Source: an uncultured Candidatus Sumerlaeota bacterium (GTDB lineage Bacteria; CAYMEV01). From it: a stretch of 60,465 bases of DNA. The position numbers were made by a program, and so were the translations under genes. Shown here piece after piece: positions 42,301 to 51,166 of the stretch; the stretch's first letter is position 1; every line of letters starts with the position of its first letter. The notes beneath the pieces are model-generated. The model searched no databases. It was given only the letters and a program-made list of their open reading frames with translations, and had not been told where the DNA came from. Location of the stretch: the NCBI GenBank assembly GCA_964389675.1, contig CAYMEV010000021.1, positions 1 through 60,465 on the forward strand. Direction: 5' to 3'.

Positions 42301-43246
42301 CGCTTATGATATCTGATGAAACTTTCAGCTCATTAAGTGATAATATATCCCTTTTCTTTTGGACATTTGCCTCGATATTATATGGTATCTGGTTATGGCT
42401 GAATGACTCTGTAAAAAGGATCCCGCTGAAGCTGGGATTGCTGAGCCTGTCTGAGAGGCCTCCTTCTAAAAACACAGTGCCTTCAAGGCCTTCAAAGATA
42501 TCTGCCGGTATCGGAAGAAGAATGTCAGCATTGCATAGATCCTGGCTGACATCGAACTCCCCGCTGATCATGCCCTTTATTGAGTCATTCAGGAGTATAT
42601 TGTTATCTTTTGGCTTAAATATTTCAAAATGGTCAAGATTTTTGCTCATATTGATATGCAGATCAAGCATATAATCAAGTGCAGAGGAAGAATTCTCCAG
42701 CACTGCACTGCATCTTAAATTGGATTCATAAAACATTCCAAGATAGCTGAAAACTTTCAGATTTATATCCTCAATGCTTATTGAGAGGTCATCCTTTTTA
42801 TATTCAAGGTCAGAATCCTTTACCAGGACAGATGCAATCGAGACCCTGAATCCCCCTTCTCTGTCACTGCCATTTTCTGAAAAGCTTTCTGCAAGTTCTT
42901 TAATGCTCTCATCATAGGAAAATCTAAGCTTATAGGCGCTGATCTGTTTAATATTTATCTCCTTGAAAAGCACCATTATTAAATGCTCTATTTCAACCTT
43001 CAGCAGGTCAGCTGTAAGTATGACATTATCCTGGTATCTTACCTCAATATCCCTGGCAAGTGCATATGAGAACAGTATGCTCAGGTCAAGGCTGTCAATG
43101 CTGATATCTATATCGTATTCGGTTTTGAGCATTTTCAGTACCCTGTTTAAGGCTATTGGTGCAGTGAAGCGGATTGTAAGGTTATAGAACAATGCTATGA
43201 CAGCAATTATCAGAATAAGATTAATATATTTTCTGTTAATTTTCAT
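39347..43246 (-). CDS. tamB: TamB/AsmA-like translocation and assembly protein
   Basis: N-terminal anchor helix, long beta-rich body, C-terminal SSPSLPEIDILSLLGSG and terminal beta strands typical of DUF490. Confidence 0.8.
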   Translation of the reverse strand: MKINRKYINLILIIAVIALFYNLTIRFTAPIALNRVLKMLKTEYDIDISIDSLDLSILFSYALARDIEVRYQDNVILTADLLKVEIEHLIMVLFKEINIKQISAYKLRFSYDESIKELAESFSENGSDREGGFRVSIASVLVKDSDLEYKKDDLSISIEDINLKVFSYLGMFYESNLRCSAVLENSSSALDYMLDLHINMSKNLDHFEIFKPKDNNILLNDSIKGMISGEFDVSQDLCNADILLPIPADIFEGLEGTVFLEGGLSDRLSNPSFSGILFTESFSHNQIPYNIEANVQKKRDILSLNELKVSSDIISGQLSCKLNIDSLIDKTGHLADADFYIGHIDTNRFLSSFAGHESTFYQDISLKGILSLDINKDVLLPGINADMKVLKNDRGYSPISADIIIDYTGSIIRASAENISIDSSTISCTGEYNTDSGNIDGYFTYQINDPADQHRFIRQLVAAEILSGDKESAGSFLEFWDSNIVGSGTGVITGTIKGEAENPLIESELKAQNVVFSGTFLGDISGKVNYFDQKIELLQTVILKGGNRVSADGYIDLMENADKLLELAINSDGYNASDVLGIYGLDVPAESEVTGSIMIGSKGDDVFIDFENIMAEGIRYEDLYLGSGNISGSYRDDILSLDNAEFSLPQGTADASGRYDFKKNEYWLDFESRGSSIFDRKQIKAITGFDNMLADIKLSSGGTLDLINAELSGSFKSIYKEGSSLPDIPFIMNLSENNGTFSIRMEDSVNINGRINDIYNIEADGDINSPDIIRYLSMMSENEIKDIAMPLKGNIAGSINLENIDSLFVQFHIENMNLNFMKKEYINPETIKIVYTSRQLIIKDFLLENSKNIFRISGIIDPVSGYDLNLQSNIDISLFSQFLPSELIYTLRGDSEIYLDLFGKISEPVFQGNTKLANGFIRIRDLSYPITNINGDFYISGTNISVKELNARLNKGELLIGGNILFSTEGIDNVLLNIMAKDISYTWPKTFDSRFNADLRFNGDSRSGFILSGDVNLNYFRYVEKIELASKLSNMIRGVITGRSTYDASASRSEDIVRMDIKVTGERNLSMDNDLGKLSFKADLEVKGGLLNPILLGRAEVISGEIYLLNNTFKELKGNAEFVNPFRLDPNVNFSGKTFINGYNISVAVSGSLDNPVLDLTSSPSLPEIDILSLLGSGRTTQDHMAGGSQTRFGEYGISTILTSNLTSYLEKTAEDLFKFDKITITPILSGSQSDLSAKITIEKRLTNRLFLLYSFSTSYGEEQIAILKYQITSNLNAILQRSEFGSIGADIQLGASFE

Positions 43247-43257
43247 AATAGATGCGA

Positions 43258-44793
43258 TCAGTATTGAGATATTACATTTTTGAGGTATTCGAGGAGGTCC
43301 TTTTTTTTGCTTAGATGTATAAAGGGGAATATATTATGTTCCAGATGGTCTATCCATGCATGCATAAAAGCAGAAGCGACTTCTTCATCAAAATGCCTGC
43401 CGCTGTCCTTTTTTATTATTGAAAAGGTTTTTTTCAGGGGAAAGGCTTTCCTGTAAGGCCTGTCAGTTGTCATGGCGTCGAATGAGTCGCACAGGGCTAC
43501 AATTCTTGCCTCAAGCAGGATACTGTTTTTTGTCAGGCCGTTTGGATACCCAGAACCATCGCATTTTTCATGATGCTGGAGAGCAATTGTGCTTATATCT
43601 CCAAGGAAGCTTATAGGCTGTAGAATTTTAGCTCCAATGATCGTATGGGTCTGCATCATCGCATGTTCTTCATCGTTAAGCGGTGTATCTTTCCTTAGGA
43701 TAACTTCGTCTATCCCGATTTTACCGACATCATGAAGATATGCAGCAATCTGTATGGTCTCGATTCTCTCCTGAGCAAGCTTCATCTTTCTGGCAGTCTC
43801 AACAGAATACATTGCAACCCTGTAGCTGTGTCCCTTCGTATAGGGGTCTTTTGCATCAATAGCCTCAGCAAGCGATGCAATCGTTGTAAAGTATTTCTTT
43901 TTAAGGCTTGAATACAATACTATTCTATGAATACCCTTGGCCATCTCAACAGCGAACATCTCAAAATGATCCTTTTCTTCGTTTGTAAAGGGCTGGTTCT
44001 CTTTTTCCCTGATCAGTGCAAGCATGCCAAAGAAGCTTTTATCAAGCTGTATAGGAGTACACATTAATGAGGGGGGAAGCTCTGGCGCACTGTCTTCATA
44101 AATAAGGAGGGATTCACCTGTCTGTTTGATCCTCTTTGCAAGGTCGACCTTAAGGACATTCTCCAGAAAGCTGTCGACCTTTTTACCAATTCTCTTGCTT
44201 ATATAAAGGTCAGTTGTTGCATCCGACCTAAGCAGTATCAGGAAGCTGTCAAAGCTGAAGGAACTGGAAATTATCTGACTGAGGTTCTCTATAAGCTTGT
44301 TAAGATCATGAATCTTGGCTATATCCTTTGATATGGATGAAAAAAGGGTAAGCTTCTCGTGCTTTTCTATAAGCTCCTTTACTATCTGCCTTATCTCGAA
44401 GTCTTTGAAATGGCATTCAAAGCCCTGCTCCATAAGCTTTTTGACAATACCTGATGTGGTTTCGATTACATCCTTAATTTCAGATATTACAATTACATAT
44501 CCTTTGGATTCATTATATGCATCGATTGAAGTGACTGCCTTGTTCAGCCCCTTGGATTCTGTTGTATAGAAATCTGTCCTGTGCTTGAAAAGCTTGTTTA
44601 TATGCTTCAGGAGGAATTCCTTGTCTATATGGTTTTTCAGCAGGTTTTCAAGTCTTGAATCAGGTGTTACAAAGAGGATAAGTTCACCTTCTGTGTCGCT
44701 TATAATGATAGAAGATTTAGAGATCAGGGAAATTTTTTTTATATTTTCGGTAAGTTCATTTGCAACAGTTTTAAGTATATCATTGGGTAACAT
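43258..44793 (-). CDS. GAF + HD-GYP cyclic dinucleotide phosphodiesterase
   Basis: DAKDPYTKGHS, LHDVGK, HHEKCDGSGYP, DSFDAMTTDRPYR; GAF SLMCTPI..FT. Confidence 0.92.
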   Translation of the reverse strand: MLPNDILKTVANELTENIKKISLISKSSIIISDTEGELILFVTPDSRLENLLKNHIDKEFLLKHINKLFKHRTDFYTTESKGLNKAVTSIDAYNESKGYVIVISEIKDVIETTSGIVKKLMEQGFECHFKDFEIRQIVKELIEKHEKLTLFSSISKDIAKIHDLNKLIENLSQIISSSFSFDSFLILLRSDATTDLYISKRIGKKVDSFLENVLKVDLAKRIKQTGESLLIYEDSAPELPPSLMCTPIQLDKSFFGMLALIREKENQPFTNEEKDHFEMFAVEMAKGIHRIVLYSSLKKKYFTTIASLAEAIDAKDPYTKGHSYRVAMYSVETARKMKLAQERIETIQIAAYLHDVGKIGIDEVILRKDTPLNDEEHAMMQTHTIIGAKILQPISFLGDISTIALQHHEKCDGSGYPNGLTKNSILLEARIVALCDSFDAMTTDRPYRKAFPLKKTFSIIKKDSGRHFDEEVASAFMHAWIDHLEHNIFPFIHLSKKKDLLEYLKNVISQY

Positions 44794-45172
44794 TTTTATT
44801 ATTTTTCAGATACTGATTTATTTTTTGAAGGAGAATTTCAAGCTTGAAGGGCTTGGTAATATAATCGTTTGCCCCCATCATCATTGATTTGCTCTTGTCT
44901 ATATCTCTGGATCTGCCTGTAACCATTATAATTGGGATATTCTTTGTATTAGGGTTGATTCTGAAAAGGAGTGTAGCTTCATGCCCGCCGATTATAGGCA
45001 TCTCGAGATCAAGGAGTATTATGTCTGGAATGGATGTTCCCATCCTGCTGATCGCCTCCTGGGCATTAGGGTATGATATGACGAAAAAGCCATGATCCTC
45101 AAGGTATTGCTTAATTATCCTGGTTAATACTATATCATCATCTATTACCAGGATAGTATTTTTCCCTGTCAT
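44780..45172 (-). CDS. Single-domain response regulator
   Basis: ILVIDDD, LLDLEMP, MVT, YITKPF. Confidence 0.93.
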   Translation of the reverse strand: MTGKNTILVIDDDIVLTRIIKQYLEDHGFFVISYPNAQEAISRMGTSIPDIILLDLEMPIIGGHEATLLFRINPNTKNIPIIMVTGRSRDIDKSKSMMMGANDYITKPFKLEILLQKINQYLKNNKNVTQ

Positions 45173-45451
45173 CTAAGATTTTAGACCCTTTTTCTGCATT
45201 TCGAGGTTGAAAAGCCTCTGAAATTCTTCATCATATTCTCTTGTCCCGCTTTTATACCTTTTGTTGTTCATGAGGATTTCTGTGACATGATTCTCAATAT
45301 CCTGCTCTTTCTGGAGTTCATCGTGTATTATTCCTTCTATTACCCTCTGTACATCCTTCAGGTCCTTCTTAAATCCGACGCATTCAAGGTTCTGCAGTCC
45401 ATTGATGATTACTTTTGATAAATGTATTATTTTACTGTTGGAAAGACGCAT
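45173..45451 (-). CDS. DUF507-like protein
   Basis: 92 aa, MRLSNSKIIHLSKVII start and helical pattern recalled for DUF507. Confidence 0.6.
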   Translation of the reverse strand: MRLSNSKIIHLSKVIINGLQNLECVGFKKDLKDVQRVIEGIIHDELQKEQDIENHVTEILMNNKRYKSGTREYDEEFQRLFNLEMQKKGLKS

Positions 45452-45849
45452 TAGTTATCCTCTGATGATTTTTCTTTCTGATTAAGAATGATCTTTATGA
45501 CACCTAAAAGGTCATAGCTGTTAAAAGGCTTGCTTATGTAGCCCTCAACCCCTGAGAGATAGCCCTTCTGCATATCGCTTGTCTTGCCCTTGGCTGTCAG
45601 CATTACAATGGGTATATCCTTATAGGATTCATCTGTCTTGAGCCTTTCAGTGAATTCATAACCATCCATTTCAGGCATCATTATATCAAGTATGATAAGG
45701 GACGGCACCTGCTTTTTAACCTGATCCAGGCCCTCAACACCATTATATGCAAACCTTACGCTGTAATTCTCAAATTCAAGGATGTTTTTAATAAGTTCTA
45801 CAATATGCGGCTCATCGTCAATAACTAATATGTCATATTTACTTTCCAT
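45451..45849 (-). CDS. Single-domain response regulator
   Basis: ILVIDDE, ILDIMMPEMDG, MLTAK, YISKPF. Confidence 0.95.
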   Translation of the reverse strand: MESKYDILVIDDEPHIVELIKNILEFENYSVRFAYNGVEGLDQVKKQVPSLIILDIMMPEMDGYEFTERLKTDESYKDIPIVMLTAKGKTSDMQKGYLSGVEGYISKPFNSYDLLGVIKIILNQKEKSSEDN

Positions 45850-45916
45850 ATTTATGCCTCACATTAATAAAGGTTATTATATTTATTTAAAAATCTTAAT
45901 TATCAGGCCCAATAAG

Positions 45917-46624
45917 TCAAGAATAAATTATCCTGATCGCTGAGAGATTTTCTCCCTCGTCATCCACGTTCATTGATGCATTGCAGAGGCTCAGTGTGTT
46001 CTCTATAAGCTTTAATGATATTATCAGGTGATCGTTTAGTATCCTGATGTCTTCATCAAAAAAGAGATTATTTAGTGAAATGCTGCTATCCTCGCATGAA
46101 GCTGTGATTAACAGGCTTTTGGTGTCATTTTCCCTTCTGCTTGCAAAAGTTATTTCGCCATGCCTTACAATAATTGATGAATCAAGAAGAATGACAGATA
46201 TTATAAGGTCAAATATATCCGTGTTCGTGTATATGTAGAAATCCGGTGAGATGGAGTCAAATGAGATATTCAGCTTATCAAACCTGTTGATGCCCCCGAA
46301 TACTGAAACATTATCCCTGATGACTGCAAGCGGACTCACGAGGTCCCATCGCTCTTTGGAAAAATCAGAGGCCTTAAGCGTGGATTTTATGCTTATCATC
46401 TTCTGTGTGAAGTTTTGTATGGATTCAATGTTGTGGTTTATTATCTCCAGCTTCTGATCGATATCGGATTTATTGTCATTTTTGTTATAAAGGTCAATTA
46501 TCTGTGATGCAAGGCTGATTGAATTAAGATGATTATTTATTTCATGGCCGATTTCCATTACTATGCTTCCATATATGGAGTATCTTGCCATATTCAGCCT
46601 GTTTATTATTTCCTGAACATACAT
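45917..46624 (-). CDS. Histidine-kinase-like protein with H-box but degenerate ATPase domain
   Basis: EIGHEINNHLNSI H-box; no N-box or DxGxG/GxG; no sensor or TM segment. Confidence 0.65.
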   Translation of the reverse strand: MYVQEIINRLNMARYSIYGSIVMEIGHEINNHLNSISLASQIIDLYNKNDNKSDIDQKLEIINHNIESIQNFTQKMISIKSTLKASDFSKERWDLVSPLAVIRDNVSVFGGINRFDKLNISFDSISPDFYIYTNTDIFDLIISVILLDSSIIVRHGEITFASRRENDTKSLLITASCEDSSISLNNLFFDEDIRILNDHLIISLKLIENTLSLCNASMNVDDEGENLSAIRIIYS

Positions 46625-46628
46625 GCAG

Positions 46629-47828
46629 TTATGCCCCGAACTTCTTCAGCTTTTTTGCGTTTGCCATAAGGAGGGGAAGTATTGATACAGAGTTTATTCT
46701 TCCTATTGAGCCCTTCCTGCATTCCGTTTCGTTAAATGCCAGGTTGTCCTTAAATTGGTTCCTGCTGTGTATCAGGAGAGGATTGGGGTGCCATGAATGG
46801 GATTTCAGGACAGATGGTGTCGAATGGTCTGAGGTTATGGCTATTGCATCAAATCCCATGTCCAGGATATCAGGTATATATTTATCAAACTCCTCTATGA
46901 TCCTGGCCTTTTGTTCGAAATTGCCGTCTTCACCGTATGAATCGGTTTTTTTGATATGAACAAAGAAGAAGTCGAAACTGCCGGCTTTATCCCTAAGAGT
47001 GTCTATCTCATCACCAATTGAGATTCCAGTGCTGAGTATTTTCATGCCTACCAGCTTGGCAAGCCCTCTATACATAGGGTATGTGGCAATGCATGCAGGA
47101 TTCAGCTGATATACATCCTGAAATTGAGGCAGGGAAGGATATCTGCTAAAGCCCCTGAGGAGAACAAAATTTGCCTTTTTTTCATTCTGCAGGGCGGACC
47201 GGGCAAGCCCAATAAAGCTGTTGATTATGCGGCCTGCTTTTTCTGACTGCTTATCCAAAGCCCTGGCGGATACAGGCTCTGCATTTTCCTTTTGAGGGTC
47301 CGCATCGGTCAGGCTGTCATGAAGCCCCTCTCCCCTGAATATCGCCACGAACCTGTGTTCCTTGCCGGGCTTGAGGATTACCTCGACATCTTCTATCCTT
47401 TTTATTTTTTCAGAGAGAAGATTGATTATCCTCGTATTTTCCTCGGTGGATATTCTTCCAGCCCTTCTGTCTGTTACAAGCCCATCCCTGATTGTAGCAA
47501 AGTTCCCCCGCACAGCAATATCAAGGCTGCCTACCTCCATGTCTATTCCCAGTGCTTCCAGTATTCCTCTTCCAATTGGGTACTTAAAAGGATCATAGCC
47601 GAATAATGAGAGATGTGCCGGACCGCTTCCCGGTGTAAACCCGGGACCCAGAGGGTCTGAAAGCCCGATTGCAGAATCTTTTGCAAGGGAGTCGAGGTTG
47701 GGCTTTACTGCTGATTCAAGCTCGGTTTTCCCATTTACCGGAAGCCCCCCCAGTCCGTCAAGAACTATCAGGAGTATCCTGGAATCTGTTTTTTCGCTTA
47801 ATGCCTTAATATTCTCTATATAATCCAT
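46629..47828 (-). CDS. apgM: 2,3-bisphosphoglycerate-independent phosphoglycerate mutase (ApgM/archaeal type)
   Basis: VLDGLG, PGSGPAHLSLFGYDP, HIKKTDSYGEDG, TSDHSTP. Confidence 0.92.
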   Translation of the reverse strand: MDYIENIKALSEKTDSRILLIVLDGLGGLPVNGKTELESAVKPNLDSLAKDSAIGLSDPLGPGFTPGSGPAHLSLFGYDPFKYPIGRGILEALGIDMEVGSLDIAVRGNFATIRDGLVTDRRAGRISTEENTRIINLLSEKIKRIEDVEVILKPGKEHRFVAIFRGEGLHDSLTDADPQKENAEPVSARALDKQSEKAGRIINSFIGLARSALQNEKKANFVLLRGFSRYPSLPQFQDVYQLNPACIATYPMYRGLAKLVGMKILSTGISIGDEIDTLRDKAGSFDFFFVHIKKTDSYGEDGNFEQKARIIEEFDKYIPDILDMGFDAIAITSDHSTPSVLKSHSWHPNPLLIHSRNQFKDNLAFNETECRKGSIGRINSVSILPLLMANAKKLKKFGA

Positions 47829-47833
47829 GGAAA

Positions 47834-48190
47834 TTAATCTTCTTCCTGTTCAAGAATTTCCTTGCATGTTATGCAGTATTCAGTAACCGGCCTGATCTCG
47901 AGCCTTTCAGTACTTATCTCTTTTCCGCATTTTTCACATATGCCGTACTGATTATTCTCAAGCTTTTCAAGGGCTTTATTTATCTTCTTTATAAGCTTTC
48001 TTTCCCGGTCTCTGATCCTGCTGTAAAGAATGGTGTCTGTCTTATAGTTTGCAATATCAATATTATCTCCGTGAGTGGCATTTTCAATGCTGTCACTGCT
48101 GAGGCTTTTCCTGGCTTCTTCAATGATCTGGTCTTTTCTCTCGATTAAAAGTTCCTTGATTTTTGTAAATGCTTTCTTTCTTGCATCCAT
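47834..48190 (-). CDS. dksA: DksA/TraR C4 zinc-finger protein
   Basis: Tip DNIDIA, YGICEKCG..ERLEIRP..CITCKE; ATG 48190 after SD GGAGTGA. Confidence 0.88.
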   Translation of the reverse strand: MDARKKAFTKIKELLIERKDQIIEEARKSLSSDSIENATHGDNIDIANYKTDTILYSRIRDRERKLIKKINKALEKLENNQYGICEKCGKEISTERLEIRPVTEYCITCKEILEQEED

Positions 48191-48276
48191 TGAATCACTC
48201 CTTTTGACGATATTTATTTCTTCAAAAATCATAACTATGTCATTATAATTCAACAAAAAGAAAAGACAAAACAATT

Positions 48277-50097
48277 ATGCTGGTTAAGCTGGAAAATATT
48301 ACAAAATCATATCAAAACCGCCTGATATTCGAAGATGTAAACCTCTCCCTGTTTGAGGGTGAAATTGTAAGTGTAATAGGCCCCAATGGTTGTGGAAAGA
48401 CAACCCTGATAAATATTTTATCAGGGGATATTGAACCTGATGGAGGCAATGTTGAATACTCAAAGGGCCTTACTTCAGCCCTTCTCAGGCAGGTTGATGT
48501 CCCTCAGAGCAGCCTTGATATCCTTACATATATAAAAGGACAGGCAGGCTGCAGCGAAGAGGCCATTGATAAACTGTCCGTTGATGAGTATCTGGACAGG
48601 CAGATATTTGATATTGAGACAAGCATCAAAAAGGTGCTGGGAGGACTGGGGTTCAAGGCTGATGAATTTGCATCCCCGGTTGCATCCCTTTCCAAAGGGC
48701 AGTTCAGAAGAGTATTGTTTGCGGTGGTACTCATCAAAAAAAGCAAACTGCTTATTCTTGACGAACCTACCAATCACCTTGATATCAACTCCATTGAGTG
48801 GCTTGAAGGCTATATTAAAAAATCAGGGAAGGCTGTGATTTTTGTATCTCATGACAAGAATTTCATTGAAAACCTGGCGCAGAGGATTGTCTATTTCCAT
48901 GACAGGAGAGTGCACTGCTTTAACGGGAATTACGCAGGGTTCAGTCAGCACTGGGAGAACCTGAAGCTTACCTCTGAAAGGCAGAATCAAAATCTGCAGA
49001 GAACAAAAGAAAGGCTGGAGGCATTTATCAGCAGGAACATAGCTGGGCAGAAGACAAAACAGGCTCAGAGCAGGAGGAAAAAGCTGTCAAAGCTTCAGGA
49101 TGTCAGCATTATAAGGGATAATACTGCATATTCATTCAGGTTCAATAATATCGAGCACAATCCCCCGGTAATCTCGCATCTGGATAATATAAGCTTCGGC
49201 TATGCTGATAAAATGCTGTTCTCCGGTGTATCTCTAAGCATCCATAAAAATGATAAAATAGGGATTACAGGTGATAATGGAACAGGAAAGACAACCCTTC
49301 TGAACCTGATCACTGGAAAGCTTAAATGCCTGTCCGGCAGTGTTTTCTTTAATAAGAATATCGATTATTTCTTTCTGTCGCAGGAGTCATATTCAAGATA
49401 TTCTGATCAATCCCTTTTTGATATTATCCACAGCTATGATGCATCAATGACCAGACAGCAGGTTATGGAGCTTCTGGGTTCCTGCGGATTTTCAAAATTT
49501 GCAGACAACAGGTTTAAGGAGCTTTCAGGAGGAGAGAAAAGAAGATTTCAGCTTGCAGTATCGCAGATAGGCAGATACAACCTCCTTATACTGGACGAGC
49601 CTACAAACCACCTTGATATTTTTTCAATAGAAAATCTTATTGATGCTTTGCTGAAATACAACGGGTGCGTTATTTTTGTTACACACAACCGCTATTTTCT
49701 TGAAAAGGTGGCTGATAAGATAATTGAGATCGATCAAAGGGAAATTACACTCTACCATGGTAATTACCAGTATTATAAAATCAAAAAGGAATCCATGGCG
49801 AAACCTTTATCAGCAGATGTACCATCTAAAAGCTCAAAGGAAAGAAGTGCTGGAAAAGATGAATTTTCAAAAAATCAGAGGCAGTTAATGGCAAAAAGGC
49901 AGAAAGAGATTGAAGAAATGATTAGAGAGTGCGAATCAGAAAGGCTGGACCTGATAAATAATGAATTTTCAAATCCCGATAATTATAAGGACAGGGATAA
50001 TTATATCAGCATTAAGAAAAGGCTTGACAGCCTTGACCGCCAGATCGAAGAGCTTATTGACGAGCTTGAGGATATACTTACAGCACTTTCCATGTAA
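48277..50097 (+). CDS. ABC-F family ribosome-associated ATPase
   Basis: Two ABC cassettes (GPNGCGKT, GDNGTGKT; LDEPTNHLD twice), linker KQAQSRRKKL, no TM, C-terminal coiled coil. Confidence 0.93.
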   Translation: MLVKLENITKSYQNRLIFEDVNLSLFEGEIVSVIGPNGCGKTTLINILSGDIEPDGGNVEYSKGLTSALLRQVDVPQSSLDILTYIKGQAGCSEEAIDKLSVDEYLDRQIFDIETSIKKVLGGLGFKADEFASPVASLSKGQFRRVLFAVVLIKKSKLLILDEPTNHLDINSIEWLEGYIKKSGKAVIFVSHDKNFIENLAQRIVYFHDRRVHCFNGNYAGFSQHWENLKLTSERQNQNLQRTKERLEAFISRNIAGQKTKQAQSRRKKLSKLQDVSIIRDNTAYSFRFNNIEHNPPVISHLDNISFGYADKMLFSGVSLSIHKNDKIGITGDNGTGKTTLLNLITGKLKCLSGSVFFNKNIDYFFLSQESYSRYSDQSLFDIIHSYDASMTRQQVMELLGSCGFSKFADNRFKELSGGEKRRFQLAVSQIGRYNLLILDEPTNHLDIFSIENLIDALLKYNGCVIFVTHNRYFLEKVADKIIEIDQREITLYHGNYQYYKIKKESMAKPLSADVPSKSSKERSAGKDEFSKNQRQLMAKRQKEIEEMIRECESERLDLINNEFSNPDNYKDRDNYISIKKRLDSLDRQIEELIDELEDILTALSM

Positions 50098-50120
50098 AAC
50101 CCTCCTTTAATGAAACTGTC

Positions 50121-50957
50121 TCAGTGGCGCTTTTTGAATACTATGAGCTGATGGTTCCTTGGCCTTCCTGCCCACCCTATCTTGACCTGTTCAGGGATAA
50201 ATCCATGCTTTGACAGAAGCTCCTTGAGGATATAGAAAGTATATATCGTATTGCTGTGGGAGAAAAAGCCTACAAAATCCCTGTCAAGATTGTATACAGT
50301 ATATTTTTCAAGAAAGGCATTTTCTCTGTAGAAATTTATTACCTCATATTTTACAAAACATTTATTATTGTACCATGGTGATTCATCCTCATCCTCAAAA
50401 TAGTAAAAAACAGCATCGCAAAGGGTATTCTGGATAAGTTCTATCATTAGAAGCCCGCTGTCAGCAAGCGATTCATAAAAGGACCTGATAATATTATCCA
50501 TATACCAGACAGGGAAGTCTCTTATTATGTTATTAAGTGCCAGTATGTTTTCGACAGATATATCAAGAGGTTCCTTTCTGAGGTCCTTTGTCAGGAAAAC
50601 TCCCCTGTTCTGAAGCTTTGAATGGAAATGCCTGTTTAAATATGAAACGATAAAGGGGCTTACATCTACTCCTGTTATGTAATGCCCCTTATCAATAAGC
50701 TCAAGGCAGAATTCAATATTTTTTATATTCTGGATAAGGACTGCTGTATCCTTTTTCATCGGGTTCATTATTCTGCACAGCATTTCTATCTCATTGCTGA
50801 TTGGCTGTTTCAGCAGATCCTTATGGATAAGGCTTTCTATGTTCTTTCTTGAGAAATTCCTGTCGTCATATGGCAGGTTATCCTGCCACAGTATTGGTTC
50901 GAACATGGATGATTTTTCATCAAGAAGGTTCTTAATATGTCCGGGGATATTTATCAT
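50121..50957 (-). CDS. Class I SAM-methyltransferase-fold protein, motif I degenerate
   Basis: GHYITGVDVSP, KDLR, YESLADSGLLMIE; GxGxG missing. Confidence 0.55.
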   Translation of the reverse strand: MINIPGHIKNLLDEKSSMFEPILWQDNLPYDDRNFSRKNIESLIHKDLLKQPISNEIEMLCRIMNPMKKDTAVLIQNIKNIEFCLELIDKGHYITGVDVSPFIVSYLNRHFHSKLQNRGVFLTKDLRKEPLDISVENILALNNIIRDFPVWYMDNIIRSFYESLADSGLLMIELIQNTLCDAVFYYFEDEDESPWYNNKCFVKYEVINFYRENAFLEKYTVYNLDRDFVGFFSHSNTIYTFYILKELLSKHGFIPEQVKIGWAGRPRNHQLIVFKKRH

Positions 50958-51107
50958 AAAGGCTTCAACATTTCATGAAAAGTTAAATATCAAAAGAAAT
51001 GCTTACCAATATTATCCTATAGATTTTTTAAAATCAAGAATTATCAGGATTATATATCCAGGATATAATAAAAGGTCAGTTTTTTTCAGGCTGGATATAA
51101 TATAATA

Positions 51108-51135
51108 TTGCAAATTGAGACAGGGATGATATAAT
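51108..51135 (+). promoter_or_regulatory. Putative sigma70 promoter (extended -10) of the TPR gene
   Basis: TTGCAA (51108-51113), 16 bp, TATAAT (51130-51135) preceded by TG (51127-51128). Confidence 0.55.
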
Positions 51136-51166
51136 GTATTAGATGGTTTACTAATAATTAATTGAA

